Assembly (NCBI GenBank): GCA_951406725.2
Contig: OX597830.1
Coordinates: 27,218,001-27,282,000 of the forward strand
Reading direction: 5' to 3'
Source of the DNA: Octopus vulgaris
Taxonomy: Eukaryota
Length of the DNA: 64,000 bases
Shown: positions 27,275-40,686 of the stretch, piece after piece
Position numbering within the stretch: position 1 is the stretch's first letter
Layout of the letters: each line of letters starts with the position of its first letter
Translations under genes and position numbers: made by a program
The notes under the pieces: model-generated
What the model was told of the DNA's origin: nothing
Database searches by the model: none
What the model saw: the letters and a program-made list of their open reading frames with translations, nothing else

Positions 27275-29493
27275 ACATGCTGCTGCTGTGTGGTAAGAAG
27301 CTTGTTTCCCAACCACATGGTTCTGGATTCAGTCCCACTGCGTGGCACCCGGGGTAAGTGTCTTGTGTCATAACCTCAGGCCTACCAAAGCCTTGTGAGT
27401 GGATTTGGTAGACAGAAACTGAAAGAAGCCCATCATGAATATATACATGTGTGTGTGTGTGTATATATATATATACTTATTAATAAGGGTTCAGCAAAGA
27501 GTCCCTTTTTAAAGTAGAAGAAATAGCTAAGATTTTTGGCTGCTATTTCTAAACTTCGGTATGTGGTAAAGCAAATCTTTGCTGAACCCTTATTAATAAG
27601 TATTACTTAAGTTTACCGTGAAATGGTCCTTTTTTCATACCGAATTCTACTTAGTGAAATTATTGATTACTTCTTAATTAATTAATTTTACCCTTTGTTA
27701 TTATTGCTATATATATATATATATTTATATATAAAGAGTACCTTTTGAACTTTGGGCCTCACAGAAGCAGTGACCGAGACCTTTGTCAATACATTGTGCT
27801 TGAGAAGACCTGTCAAGCCAAGTGATTTTGCAATCATGGCTGATACTGGTGTTTCATAACTGGCACCCTTGCTGGCGGCATGTAAAAAGCACCCACTACA
27901 CTCTTGGGGTAGTTGGTATTGGGAAGGGCATCCCAGCTGTAGAAACCATGACAAATTAGACTGGAACTTAGTGCAGTTCCCTAGCTTACCAGTTTTCAGT
28001 CAGACTGTCCAACCCATGCTAGCATGGAAAACAGTCATAGAGTCATAATGATAATGATGATGATGATATATGTATGTGTGTGTCTTTGGGTCTGTGTTTG
28101 TCCTCTTACCACTGCTTGACAACTGGTGTTGGTGTGTTTACATTCCTGTAACTTAGTGGTTCAGTAAAAGCGGTCGATAGAATAAGTACCAGGCTTAAGA
28201 GAAAAAAAACGGACTGGAGTTGATTTATTTGTTTGATTTAAATTCTTCAAGGCAGTGCTCCAGTATGGCCACAGTCAAATGACTAAAAGAAGTAAAAGAT
28301 AGACGATAAAAGATAATTTTCATTAAAGCCACTTCCCTCTAAAGCCACGTCTCTCCCAAATACTTCTTTGTAGTGGGAACTTTTTAATCTCTTTCCTTCT
28401 TCTCTTCCTCTGTTCTTTTCTGTCTTGTAAATGACATGGCAACTTCACTAGTGTTGGTGGCATGAAAAAATAAAGAAGCACCCAGTGCCCATTGTAAGGT
28501 GGTTGGCATTTGGAAGGGTATACAGCCATAGAAACCATGCCAAAGATGACATTGGAGCTTGATGCAACCATGCTGCCGGCTCTGTGCCAGACTGTTTTCT
28601 ACCTATGCCAGCATGAAAAGTCGATGTTAAATAATGATGATGATGATGATGATAACAAGTATGTTTAATGAACTAAGTTAGAAATAGTGTTCTAGATTTT
28701 TAACTTGGAAGGATGATCTTCATTTTAACAATAACATCTTTGCCTTGTATCATAACTTGCTTTGTCTTACTTGTATTCATGTAACAACTATACTATATCA
28801 CTACAGTGATTTCATAACATGTAGCACTTCATCATACTAATATCATAACATTACTACATCTCATTGTATTAATGTCATAACTAGAGGTATCTCACCACAA
28901 TATCATAACTCTTGTTATGTCACCAGAATGTTCTCTTAATTTGTAACATCCCCATCATATTAATATTGTGCATACTGTATCTGTCTCTGACACAACATGC
29001 TTGTGTCTCTCTGTATCAGTGTCATAATTATAGGACCTCACAACATTTAATGCCATATTATTGTATATCTCATCTAACCAGAATGTCATCATAATTCCAG
29101 TGTCTGATAAGCTCATTATAATGAAAGCCTATCATAAAATATCTCATCATACTCTCTTATGTCATAAATACATGCTGCTTTGCTAATATGATACAACACT
29201 TGTACTGACATCAGTCTTAACGCATAACTAATATCATAACATGCTGTCATAACATGTTATATCTCGTTGTAACAATAATTGCCATTTCTTTTTATTTATC
29301 AGTGATGTGCTTTTTTTTTTTTATTGCTTTAACTTCATCATTGGGCTGTGGTTTGTTGTTGTTTTGTAAAAATGATTCTGATGTAGGATTGCATTGGTTA
29401 GTAAATATTTTCTTTTGTGGACGTAGCTTCTGAGGGTTTGTTTCCCTTTCAGCTCAGCAGTTGTTATTATTATTATTACTATTATTATTATTA

Positions 29494-29535
<42 letters not shown>

Positions 29536-31471
29536 TATTATTATCATTATTATTATTATCATTATTATTATTATTATTATTATCATCATTATTATTTTAT
29601 GAAATAATCACAGTAAGTATCATTGCCTATTAATTCTTTCAAGTGTTTCCTTGCTCTCTTTTCTATTTTCTTTTCTTTTCTTTTTCTTTTTGGTGTATGC
29701 TTCATAAGCAGCATATATATTTCTTTGATTTTTAAAACAAAACTTTTAATTAATATAATGTAATCTAACCATTTGTGCATGCACACATGCACATGCGCAT
29801 GCACACATGCCCACATGCATGCATGCATGCATTTTAAAGTAGTACTCTGTAAAAATCTAAATTAACTAGCCCCTATGTCTATGCTTGCTTAATATATATA
29901 TGTCTATGCTTGCTTAATATATATATATATATACCAGAGTAAGCAGATAAATATGAAACAAGGTGGAAAAAAATAGTTCTCAAATACCGGGGGCTAGTAA
30001 TATACTTTATTAGTAAAGTATATATATACTAGCTGAGGTATCTGCTAATACCTGGGAGTGAAGATATTGAAATCAAGACATAGGACAGATAATAGAGGGC
30101 ATAAACAAATTCATTCACGAAACAATAATACAAATAAATATGTGTGGAATTGGAAAATGACAATTGTTTGGTGAGATGAGTGGAAAGCTGCAAATATATA
30201 ATCAATGGAAACATCAAGAAGGGAATTGTAAAAGAGTGCTATGAAGGAAAAAAGAACATAAAAGTTTGAAAAGTAAACAGAAAAATTATTTAGAAAAAAG
30301 AGATTTTTATACTTACAAAAACAGTTGGAGTGCAGAGGTGACAACGTGGCAGTCATAAGAGTTGTAAGATGCTATAAGGAGGGTAAAAAGTGGATGGTAC
30401 TGTACCCTTGGGGGCAGTGGAAAAGATCCAAGGCACATTGCAGAAAAGTGGGGGTAATGATGAAGTAGTCAAAAGGGGGTGATGGATGTAAAAAATTCAA
30501 AATAATAGGTTAATTGGGTAGAATTTTATTTGTGAAATTCTATTGTTTTGAATTTGTGGGAGAAAGTGATTTATGCTTTTGGTGGTGGTGGTGGTGGGGG
30601 GGCACCAGGATTGTGGCCTGTGTGCCAAAGGGAGCAGCAGTCTGAAAAAGTTTGGGAACCTCTGCTCTAGGGCAACCAAGGGATCCCACTCCACTGATCC
30701 TAGATCACCCTGACCACCAAGGATACCATTGGAGGTGCCTCCCTCCCATTCTTTCTTTTTCTAGCTTGCAGGCACAAGTTCCGACCAGGATCTGCTCACT
30801 TGAACAACCCTTGCCACATTCATCCATCTTTCAACAAACCTCCTATGTGCAGTGTGAGAAACAACAATAATACAACTCACAAACAACAAACAATCTTCAC
30901 TAAAGACAATGAGGGCTCCTCTATGCTGCTGCCTGGTCTGTGAGAAACAGTAGCTAGATCTCTCTCAGATCACATCCTGCTATCTTAAGAAATGGACAGA
31001 TGTTTTAGATGATTTTTCTCCTAGTTATTCCTTCAAAAACAAATGTGGGCTTGTTTTGACTGGAGTGCTTTTGAATGTATCGAGGCTTTTGAATGAATCG
31101 AGGCTGACATGGGACGAAGTAGCATCAACAGGGACAATGTGCAGCTTTGCTGTCTTGGTGATAAAATATTAAATGTTATATTACGGTTCAAAATATTTCA
31201 GACGTCCAGAGTCAAAATCTGGCAGAGGCATGTGCAATGTTGTTGGCTTGAGTGATCTTTGCGTGACATCGGCATGGGTGATTTTTAACATGGTGTTGGA
31301 GGGCTGCACCAGGTCTCAATCTACTGTTTTGGCATGTTGTCTATGGCTGGATGCCCTTCCTAATGCCAACCACTTTACAGAGTGTACTGGGTGATTTTTA
31401 TGTGGTGTGCAATGTGCAATGTTGTTTTGGAGAGACAGAAATTGTTGCCAGGAGTGAAACAATCATATGTA

Positions 31472-31502
<31 letters not shown>

Positions 31503-32206
31503 CTGTAAATGGAATATGTGACAATTATTCGATAGCCATGATGAATTGTCACATATTACATTTACAGATAAATTCCTCTATTTACATAATATCGAGGTCT
31601 CTTTCTTTCTTTTGTTATCTTACCGTTTTTATCAATATATATATATGTCCTCACACCTGTGAACATGCATGAGTATGTGCATGGATATCTATAACTGTAT
31701 GTGTGTGTGTTAGGTTATGGTGTTGTGTCTTGAGTTGCTTGTTGAGTGTACATGGTCCAGTGGTTGTGTGTTGCACTCACAATTGCAAGACCATAGTTTC
31801 AATTCTCAGACTGGGTGGGGCATTATTTTCTTGAGCAAAAAAAGCTACTTCATTTCATGTTGCTCCACTCCATTCAACCTTAAATATGTAACTGTGTGAT
31901 GGCCTGGTTTCCTGTTCAGGTGAATTTTGTGACCCCGGTCACTTATATATGCCATGAAAACTGGGTAAATGGTCCTATGAATTCTTGGGCTCCCAGACAG
32001 TAATGTCCTGGCGACTTACTTCTACTTGGGTTGCTTGTCATTTATTCATAGACAAAATTGGAGAGAAACAAACAACAATTAAAAAAAAAAGCACATAGCA
32101 TAAAGATGATATGGTTCAAATATTTCAGTGGCAGAAGTAAAGTTGTACAAGTGGGCCATGGTGCTGAGAGCGACTTTAACAGTTTCATTACCATTTTTCG
32201 TTTCAA

Positions 32207-33480
32207 ATGCAGTGCCTTTGTTTTATCATTGCCGTCATTGACATCATTGTCCATTTCCTATGCTGGCATGGGTTTGGATGGTTTGACAGGAGCTGGCAGA
32301 GCTGGAGGGCTGCACTAAGCTTCAGTCTTCTGTTTTGGCATGTTGTCTATGGCTGGATGCTCTTCCTAATGCCAACCACTTTACAGAGTGTACTGGGTGA
32401 TTTTATGTGGTGCTGGCTTGAGTGCTCTTGCGTGACATCGGCATGGGTGATTTTAACATGGTGTTGAGGGCTGCACCAGGTCTCAATCTTCTGTTTTGGC
32501 ATGTTGTCTATGGCTGGATGCCCTTCCTAATGCCAACCACTTTACAGAGTGTACTGAGTGATTTTATGTGGTGCTGGCTTGAGTGCTCTTTGCGTGACAT
32601 CGGCATGGGTGATTTTTAACATGGTGTTGGAGGGCTGCACCAGGTCTCAATCTTCTGTTTTGGCATGTTGTCTATGGCTGGATGCCCTTCCTAATGCCAA
32701 CCACTTTACAGAGTGTACTGGGTGATTTTTATGTGGTGCTGGCTTGAGTGCTCTTTGCGTGACATCGGCATGAGTGATTTTTAACATGGTGTTGGAGGGC
32801 TGCACCAGGTCTCAATCTTCTGTTTTGGCATGTTGTCTATGGCTGGATGCCCTTCCTAATGCCAACCACTTTACAGAGTGTACTGGGTGATTTTTATGTG
32901 GTGCTGGCTTGAATGCTCTTTGCGTGACATCGGCATGGGTGATTTTTAACATGGTGTTGGAGGGCTGCACCAGGTCTCAATCTACTGTTTTGGCATGTTG
33001 TCTATGGCTGGATGCCCTTCCTAATGCCAACCACTTTACAGAGTGCAGTGCCTTTGTTTTATCATTGCCGTCATTGACATCATTGTCCATTTCCTATGCT
33101 GGCATGGGTTTGGATGGTTTGACAGGAGCTGGCAGAGCTGGAGGGCTGCACCAAGCTTCAGTCTTCTGTTTTGGCATGTTGTCTATGGCTGGATGCTCTT
33201 CCTAATGCCAACCACTTTACAGAGTGTACTGGGTGATTTTTATGTGGTGCTGGCTTGAGTGCTCATTGCATGACATCGGCATGGGTGATTTTTAACATGG
33301 TGTTGGAGGGCTGCACCAGGTCTCAATCTACTGTTTTGGCATGTTGTCTATGGCTGGATGCCCTTCCTAATGCCAACCACTTTACAGAGTGTACTGGGTG
33401 ATTTTATGTGGTGCTGGCTTGAGTGCTCTTTCTATGGCACCAGCATGAGTGCTTTTTAACATGGTGCTGGCATCGGCACC
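32207..33480. repeat. Tandem array of ~164-bp SINE-C-derived units
   Basis: Units start at ~32307, 32468, 32632, 32797, 32962, 33143, 33308 and are nearly identical. 32207-32306 recurs at 33044-33142; an orphan unit lies at 31245-31408. Confidence 0.95.
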
Positions 33481-34745
33481 TTTTACGCGGCATTGAATTT
33501 TAAAAATAACAAAGAATTTAGGTAAATAATTTAGTCATTATTAAGCTAGTGTTTAGAACGTGCATTAGCATGGAATTTTGGTGGAATTTTGGTGTATGTG
33601 CATCTTTTTTTTTTTCCAGGCACTATAAGGGTACATAAGAGATTTATCTCTGTGTGTGTTATATGTTTGATACGGGGTAAATGGGTTTACCACATAATTA
33701 ATTAAGCTGACTTACTCTAGGTACACTGCTTGGAGATAAACTCTTCCTTCGTTACTGTCATGTCCAGTTTACTAACGAACTCACATACCTGTGTACCGTC
33801 TACTTTTGTTTCTGCCAACATTCACCACATATGCTACTTAAACTGCTTTGAGCTTTACACTTTTGCTATAGTTACTATTATGTATTACTGCTACTGTGAC
33901 CATGTGACTAGAAAAGAAATATACTAATATTTAGTAACATGCAGCACACACATACACCATGCATACATTGCACATAGCCAATAGATATGTATAGAATAGA
34001 CATGCACACACACATAGCCATCCTCTTATGTATGTATTTTCTTATATGTGTATATACATATGAACACACATGGATATGGTCATATCCAGAAGGATACACA
34101 CGGATAAAGATTAAATTAAGGAATGTTTACCTTTACAAACAGAGAAAAAAGTACTCAGTGTGTATTTTTAGTTTTTTATAAACACTGCCAGATCTGACTG
34201 GACTGGTGCAGCTTTCGGGCTCCCCAGACCCCAGTTGAACCGTCCAACCCATGCTAGCATGGAAAGCGGACGTTAAATGATGATGATGATGATGATGATT
34301 CTGAAGTGCTTTTTTAATCATAGCTCTAGGGTTCATGCATCTGGTTATTCCATTATTCAGATGGTTCTTTTGAATCTTTTGAACAATCAGAAATGTGAAA
34401 TTTAAACTTACTTTTATAGAAGCTTCAGTTTCTAACATATATACATGTGTGTGTGTGGGTATGAGATGTATGCATACACACACACACATGAGTGGTTGTA
34501 CTGAAAAGTTCCTGGCTTTGGGTAAAAGAAAATACAGGAGGATCAGTTAATTAGGATTTTGTTCAACATATTCCCTGGTCCTTCAGCTTTTCTAAGCCCT
34601 GTAAAAGAACTCAGGAGGTTGGGCCTCCAGCTAGGCCTCTCATGGCACCCTTAAAGCCAGGAACTTTACAGCATCCCATCATATATATATATATATATGT
34701 AAGTAAATAAAGATAGATAGATAGACAGACAGATAGATAGATATA

Positions 34746-35526
34746 CAAAGTGCATTTCAGACATTTTTGAGAGTGTTTTAAGAGGAGCAGTTGTACCTTT
34801 CCTGGATTATTGTAATTTTAGTATAGCATTACTTACTATACACCTAATTAGGTGACCTGTTAATGTTTTTATTCTTGATTGAAGCTGACAGCTGTTACAG
34901 CACTTTGAACTCACCCTACTAAACACTGGTTGTCCCAATTCCGTCCCGGTAACCAACTACTTGACAGAGATGAGCATCAAAACTCTCTCATCCTCCCTAC
35001 AGTCTAAACCTTGCTCCCCGTGAATTTTGGATGTTCCTCAAGCTGAAGAAGAACCTTGGGGACAGTTGTTTTGAAGGTGTTAAGAAAATGAAGGTTGTTA
35101 AAAGGCTCCTGAACACCCTCCTTTTCGAGGACTTCTATGGGGCTGACATGAAGTGGCTGGAGCACTATAAGAGGTGCACTGAAGTCATAGGGGTGGAGGC
35201 ATGTGGCTTAGGGGTTAGGCTGTTGGACTCCTGATTGTAAGATTGTGCTTTCAATTCTTGGACCAGGTGATGCATTATGTTCTTGAGCAATACACTTCAT
35301 TTCACATTACTCCCGTCCACTCGGCTGGCAAAAATGTGTAATCCTGTGATGGATCCACCTCCTGTCCAGGTGGAGGAATTTATATGCTATGAAACTGGGA
35401 AACTGACCTTTATGGGTCGGCATGACTCGAGAAGGTAATTTTATTGTTACCTTTTGAAGTCGGAGGGTCCAACTTTAAAATGAACAAATGTCTTGCCTGG
35501 AAAAGTCTCAAAACTTTTGGTATGCA

Positions 35527-35528
<2 letters not shown>
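34746..35528 (+). mobile_element. Deleted mariner remnant interrupted by SINE D
   Basis: YSLNLAPREFWMFLKLKKNL (YSPDLAPxDF.LF.KLK) and KWLEHYKRC; SINE at ~35195-35435. Boundaries approximate. Confidence 0.65.
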
Positions 35529-35571
<43 letters not shown>

Positions 35572-35606
35572 TATATATATATACACACACACACACACAT
35601 GTATAT

Positions 35607-35661
<55 letters not shown>

Positions 35662-36032
35662 AAATATGTATTTATATATATCTTGAGATATATTAAAACA
35701 AGAAACCAAGCAAAAAAGGGTGCTTAGAACTGCTAGAATTAGCAGCTTAATCTGCCTGAAAGCACACCCTGTTACCTTATGGTGCACTTATTGGATAACG
35801 TAGTCCTTGATATTGTGTCTGAAAAAAAAAAAGGACATGATGAACAACATTGGATCACTTTTGGCCATAATTATGATTGCATAGGACTGACCTGGGTGTT
35901 AACAATAATACCAATAACAAAAAAAATCTAAAGAGTTTGACATGTGCCCTTACTAACCCGTTACCTGTGCACTTTGAATAAAGCCACTAAACTGATGTTG
36001 GTTAACATGTGTCTTCTCTCCTTCACTTGTAG

Positions 36033-36137
36033 GCCAAATCAGACTATGCGAAAGCAAGTGTTGAGGCCACCCGGTGCAGTAAAGTCCTGGAGAAAGAAAT
36101 GGATGCATTTGAGTTGCAAAAGCTGACCGATATGAAG
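36033..36137 (+). CDS. CIBAR1: FAM92/CIBAR exon (105 nt)
   Basis: cttgtag|GCC...AAG|gtaagc. AKSDYAKASVEATRCSKVLEKEMDAFELQKLTDMK aligns with [35 protein letters not shown]. Confidence 0.92.
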
Positions 36138-37517
36138 GTAAGCAAAGAAGAAAAACACTGTCGTGTGTGTGTGTGTGTGTGTGTGTTCAAATGTTAAGTG
36201 AGTGAATGAATGAAGAAGATTTTAACATATACATAGTGTTATGTATATAAAAATTGAATGGAGACAAGAAGTGGAATGAACCGACAAATCGAAACGAACC
36301 TGATGCGAGGCGCTGTCAGACAATAATGTGATAAATAAAAATATATGCATACATACAAACATATATGTACGTACCTACATCTACATGTATATATACATGC
36401 ATATATAAATAAATATACGTAAGTACAGGATGCCACAACGACGTAGAAACGGGAAAAACAAAAATTTTACGACAAGTACAGGACATGCTACACAAGGAAA
36501 AATCCACCGTCATCAGCTGTCGCTAGTTAACTGAATTTGATTCTTGCATCTCAAGTTTCATGACAAAGTGGTAATCTGATGGAAAATTGCCTGATGATAG
36601 GTGTGATGTGAAATTTGTGTGCGTACGTGTATGTGTGTTTCAGTACATTATCTTTCAAGTGTATTATAGAGATTTTTCATCACCAGCCTTGTCTTTCTAG
36701 TATCAACCATCATTTGTGTATGTCTACATTTCTAACAGTTGACTGAATTACATACACATTTTTTTTTTCCTGTATTGCATTTGTGAACACCTCATACGCC
36801 ACACAATGTCTAAATACCTCTATTTTTCCAAAAATTTGCAATGAAACAAAATGCAATTAGCAGATAGAGTGTATTCAGAGAAGATGGTTCAAAGGAACCT
36901 CTTATATCATCATCATCATCGTTTAACATCTTTTTTCTATGCTAGCATGGGTTGGACGATTTGAGGACTAGCGAAAAAGATGGCTGCACCAGGCTCCAGT
37001 CTTGATCTGGCAGAGTTTCTACAGCCGGATGCCCTTCCTAATGCCAACCACTTCGAGAGTGTGGTGGGTGATTTTACGTGCTACTGGCACGAAGGCCAGT
37101 TAGGCAGTACTGACAATGGCCATGCTCAAATGGTGTTTTTTACGTGTCACCTGTACAGGAGCCAGTCTGGCGGCACTGGCAACGACCTCGCTCTAATGAT
37201 TTTTTTTGCATACCACCGGCACATGTGCCAGTAAGGTGATGCTAGTAACTATATATATATATAGAAACATAATGATGGAAGTTGGGTAGAGTGTTGAGGA
37301 TGATCTGATTCAGTTTCTTATACATGAGCCTAGTAAAAAGAGGCGAGGGCTGTGACAGATACAAATGGTGGTAGATGAGCCATTGGTTGTTTCTGAGCAT
37401 GAGGAATTGAGATGAGATGAGATGGGAGATTGAGGAGCATGAGTGACAGGCTGAGTGATGAGGATGGACTGTTAGTCTCTAATATGTAGGTGCAATGTCG
37501 TATGAGGGTGGACATTT

Positions 37518-37552
<35 letters not shown>

Positions 37553-37871
37553 GAGGAGCTTTGGATAAGAGGCATTTTCATCAGGATGACATTAAGGAGA
37601 TTGAATATGAGGAGTTTTCGTCTGGATGACAAACTAATAGGTATGCGTCCTGTGTACTGAGATAGGCGTAACACCAAAATTCTAGTTAGAACAGTGGTTG
37701 AAGTTGTGGTTATCTGATTGCCTTGTTAAAAAAAATACGGGTGATAGTGGTTCCCCTTTGAGTCAGTACCAGTTTGTACCATTTTTACCATTTTTAAAGA
37801 TTTAATTAAATAAAATCAAATGTCTTTGTTCTGCCCTGACTAATTGTTTGCCTTTCCTCACTACTTTAACC

Positions 37872-37921
<50 letters not shown>

Positions 37922-38180
37922 AATATATAATATACACACACGCATATGCACACTGATCCCAATTTCTGTCAGTACAGTACCCTTGCCTCAATGCACATTG
38001 CATCATGTTTTGTTGGTTGGGTTTCTGTAGCAATACCTTGTTGATGTAAACAGAGAGAATATCTTTCATCTTTAAAGATGAGATGAGATAAGATTAATCA
38101 AAAAAAAAAAAATAGAGAGAGAAAAAAAAGAAATATTTTAATTTTATGTTTATATTTGTATGTATTTATTTTCTTTGTAG

Positions 38181-38294
38181 AAAGTTTTATTGAATTTTGT
38201 ACGAACAGAGATGACGTTCCACTGCAAAGCTTTAGAATTATACACCATTTGTTTCCAGAATCTCTCAGATATCAATGTGGAGGAAGATCTTGAT
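38181..38294 (+). CDS. CIBAR1: FAM92/CIBAR exon (114 nt)
   Basis: ctttgtag|AAA...GAT|gtaagc. KVLLNFVRTEMTFHCKALELYTICFQNLSDINVEEDLD carries the FAM92 motif EMxFHxKALExYT. Confidence 0.93.
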
Positions 38295-38499
38295 GTAAGC
38301 CCCTTGTTTGTTATATACAATAGACATATATATATATATATATTATGTTGTCGTGAAGGTAGAAAATTGGCAGAAGGTGGTGTTTATTGGGATGTTGGAT
38401 AGAATAGCTTGTGGGTTTTTTTTTTTTTGTCTCTCTGCACTTTGGAGAGTCTAACCATCATGGGTTTGTCTTTGCCATTTATATTTAACATGGTTGAGA

Positions 38500-38680
38500 T
38501 TTGTGGCAAGACTGCATCCAGAATGCTGCAAGCAACTTTGAGAAGGCCAGAGCAGCTGTGGCAGACGAGAAACGCAAAAAAAGGGAATGAATCATTGTCA
38601 CAACCCTCGTTTGACCAAAGCCTACATATTTGCCCCAACTGTGCCAGAGCCTGTCGTTCCAGGGTTGATTTACATAGGTG
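38500..38680 (+). mobile_element. RTE/BovB LINE C-terminal fragment
   Basis: NFEKAR...EKRKKR then ICPNCARACRSRVDLH, the RTE terminal zinc finger. Confidence 0.6.
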
Positions 38681-39027
38681 TAGGCATGGCTGTGTGGTAG
38701 GAAGTTTGCTTCTTAGGCGGTGAACTGGCAGAAACGTTAGCACGGTGGGCAAAATGCTTAGCAGTATTTCATCTGTCTTTACATTCTGAGTTCAAATTCC
38801 GCTGAGGTTGACTTTGCCTTTCATCCTTTCGGGGGTCGATAAATTAAGTGTCAGTTGCGTACTGGGGTCGATCTAATCAACTGCTACCCCCTCCCCAAAG
38901 ATTTCGGGCCTTGTGCATAGAGTAGAAAAGAAGTTTGCCTCTGCTAGCTTGCTGCCTTAGACAGATAATATCAGCAATGAAAGTGGTAGTGGAGACAAAC
39001 ACAAAGACGCACACGCACACACGCACA

Positions 39028-39069
<42 letters not shown>

Positions 39070-39391
39070 GGGCTTCCGTACAGTTTCTGACTACCAAATT
39101 CACTTACATTGTTCAGCCTGGGGTTATAGTAGAAGACACTTGTCCAAGCTGGTATGCAGTAGGACTGAACCCCAAACCACATGGTTGCAAAATGAGTTTC
39201 TTAACACAGCAATGCCTATGCCTATCTAGAACTCCATTGTCCAATGTACCCATTAGTTTTGGAAGATGTGGTGTGATTGAAAATAGATTCTGCTGCTGTT
39301 TCTAGCAAGTCAAATGATTGCATGTGTCTTTGTGTATACTTCTCTTTTTTTCTCTTCCTTCACTGTTAACTTAATGTAACTTTTTTCGTAG

Positions 39392-39535
39392 GAATTTCGG
39401 AAACACATACACCCGCCAACTTTCACATCTCGAATGGAGATAGCTCAGAAAGCATCGATAGAAAGCTCACCTCGCATTTCAAAGCCAGACAGTGGTTCAC
39501 TTGGCAAGATCCCGCAGACTATGTCTTCGGTAATG
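39392..39535 (+). CDS. CIBAR1: FAM92/CIBAR exon (138 or 144 nt, two in-frame donors)
   Basis: ttttcgtag|GAATTTCGG. EFRKHIHPPTFTSRMEIAQKAS aligns with VFRNSLYAPDYSSRLDIVRANS. Donors at 39530 (gtaatg) and 39536 (gtatgt). Confidence 0.85.
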
Positions 39536-40512
39536 GTATGTAGCAGGGAAATTTTTTCAAATTTATATTTTCGGTGAAACCTTATTGATATCATGCGAAG
39601 TAGCTAGTTAGAAAATCTCTAATAGAAATGAAAGTAATGTCTATACTGAAAAGTAATATTTATCACCACTTGTACATGGTTGTTCCACTGGAACTGATGT
39701 TACTACTGTTTTTAACCCCAGGAGGAGCCTCCTCCAGCTACCTATCAATGCAATCTGCCTGGCAGAATGGTTAGCACGCCAGGCGAAATGCTTAGCGTTC
39801 TGAGTTCAAATTCCGCCGAGGTCAACTTTATCTTTCATCCTCTCGGGGTCAATTAAATAAGTACCAGTTACGCATTGGGGATCGATATAATCGACTTAAT
39901 CCCTTTGTCTATCCTTGTTTGTCCCCTCTATGTTTAGCCCCCTGTGAGCAATAAAGAAATAAATATATATTGCAAGCAGGGAAACAAACCCTTACCATCT
40001 TCTAGTGACTTGACAGGACCAGCAGACCAACTGGTTTTGGGCTATTTTGCACATCCTCTCCTGCTTGCAATTATTGTTTGGTGCAGATTGTATCGACAAC
40101 CACCTACAGGAAGCTTGACCCTATGCAAAACCATTTTTACCTCTTGGAAGAGGCGTCCATAATTAGTCTGACCTCTATCCTTTAACCTGTCCTACGTAGG
40201 AAGCTCTACCTGGAGCTTGCCCTCCTCTGGTATAGCTTTTGGAACTTGTTGGTTTTGAATTATTATCAATGCTTTCGTAGCTTTGCTGTTTTGTAGGTAG
40301 GGGCGTTGGCCCTATGTAAACCCATTTTTACCCCTGGGAAGAAGTGGCCTCTATACTTTGACCCATGCAGCATGGAAAGCAGTATTGACCTAGCTCTCAG
40401 GGTCGCAAGTCACACAAGCCACCACAATAAGGACTGGACGCCGTGGTGGACAACAATTATATATATATTTGTATATTTTTTCTTATACTTTTTCCTCTTT
40501 CTTTTTTTGTAG

Positions 40513-40686
40513 ACATTTGAGGATGTTGACGATGACGACGACGATGATGATGATGATGATGATGATGAAGATGACGATGACGACGACGATGATGAGGATG
40601 ACATTGAAGAAGATGATAAGCATACTACTTTTGATAGCTCCAACAGAATAAGCTCAATGCAAAGCACCAATATGTCAATTTATTAG
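40513..40686 (+). CDS. CIBAR1: FAM92/CIBAR last coding exon, acidic poly-Asp tail
   Basis: Long polypyrimidine tract then tgtag|ACA. TFEDV-D13-E-D8-EDDIEEDDKHTTFDSSNRISSMQSTNMSIY*, TAG at 40684-40686. FAM92A also ends in an acidic stretch. Confidence 0.8.
   Translation, partial: TFEDVDDDDDDDDDDDDDEDDDDDDDDEDDIEEDDKHTTFDSSNRISSMQSTNMSIY

Noticed and set aside
29435-29465. Alternative microexon candidate tttccctttcag|CTCAGCAG
   Set aside because: No GT donor 6 nt downstream and no U12 branch box; 23544-23549 fits far better.
32307-33480. CRISPR-like regular array
   Set aside because: Units are contiguous and identical with no unique spacers; SINE-derived, in eukaryotic context.
36585-36620. 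CTGATGA...GAAA hammerhead-like words
   Set aside because: No pairing for stems I, II or III.
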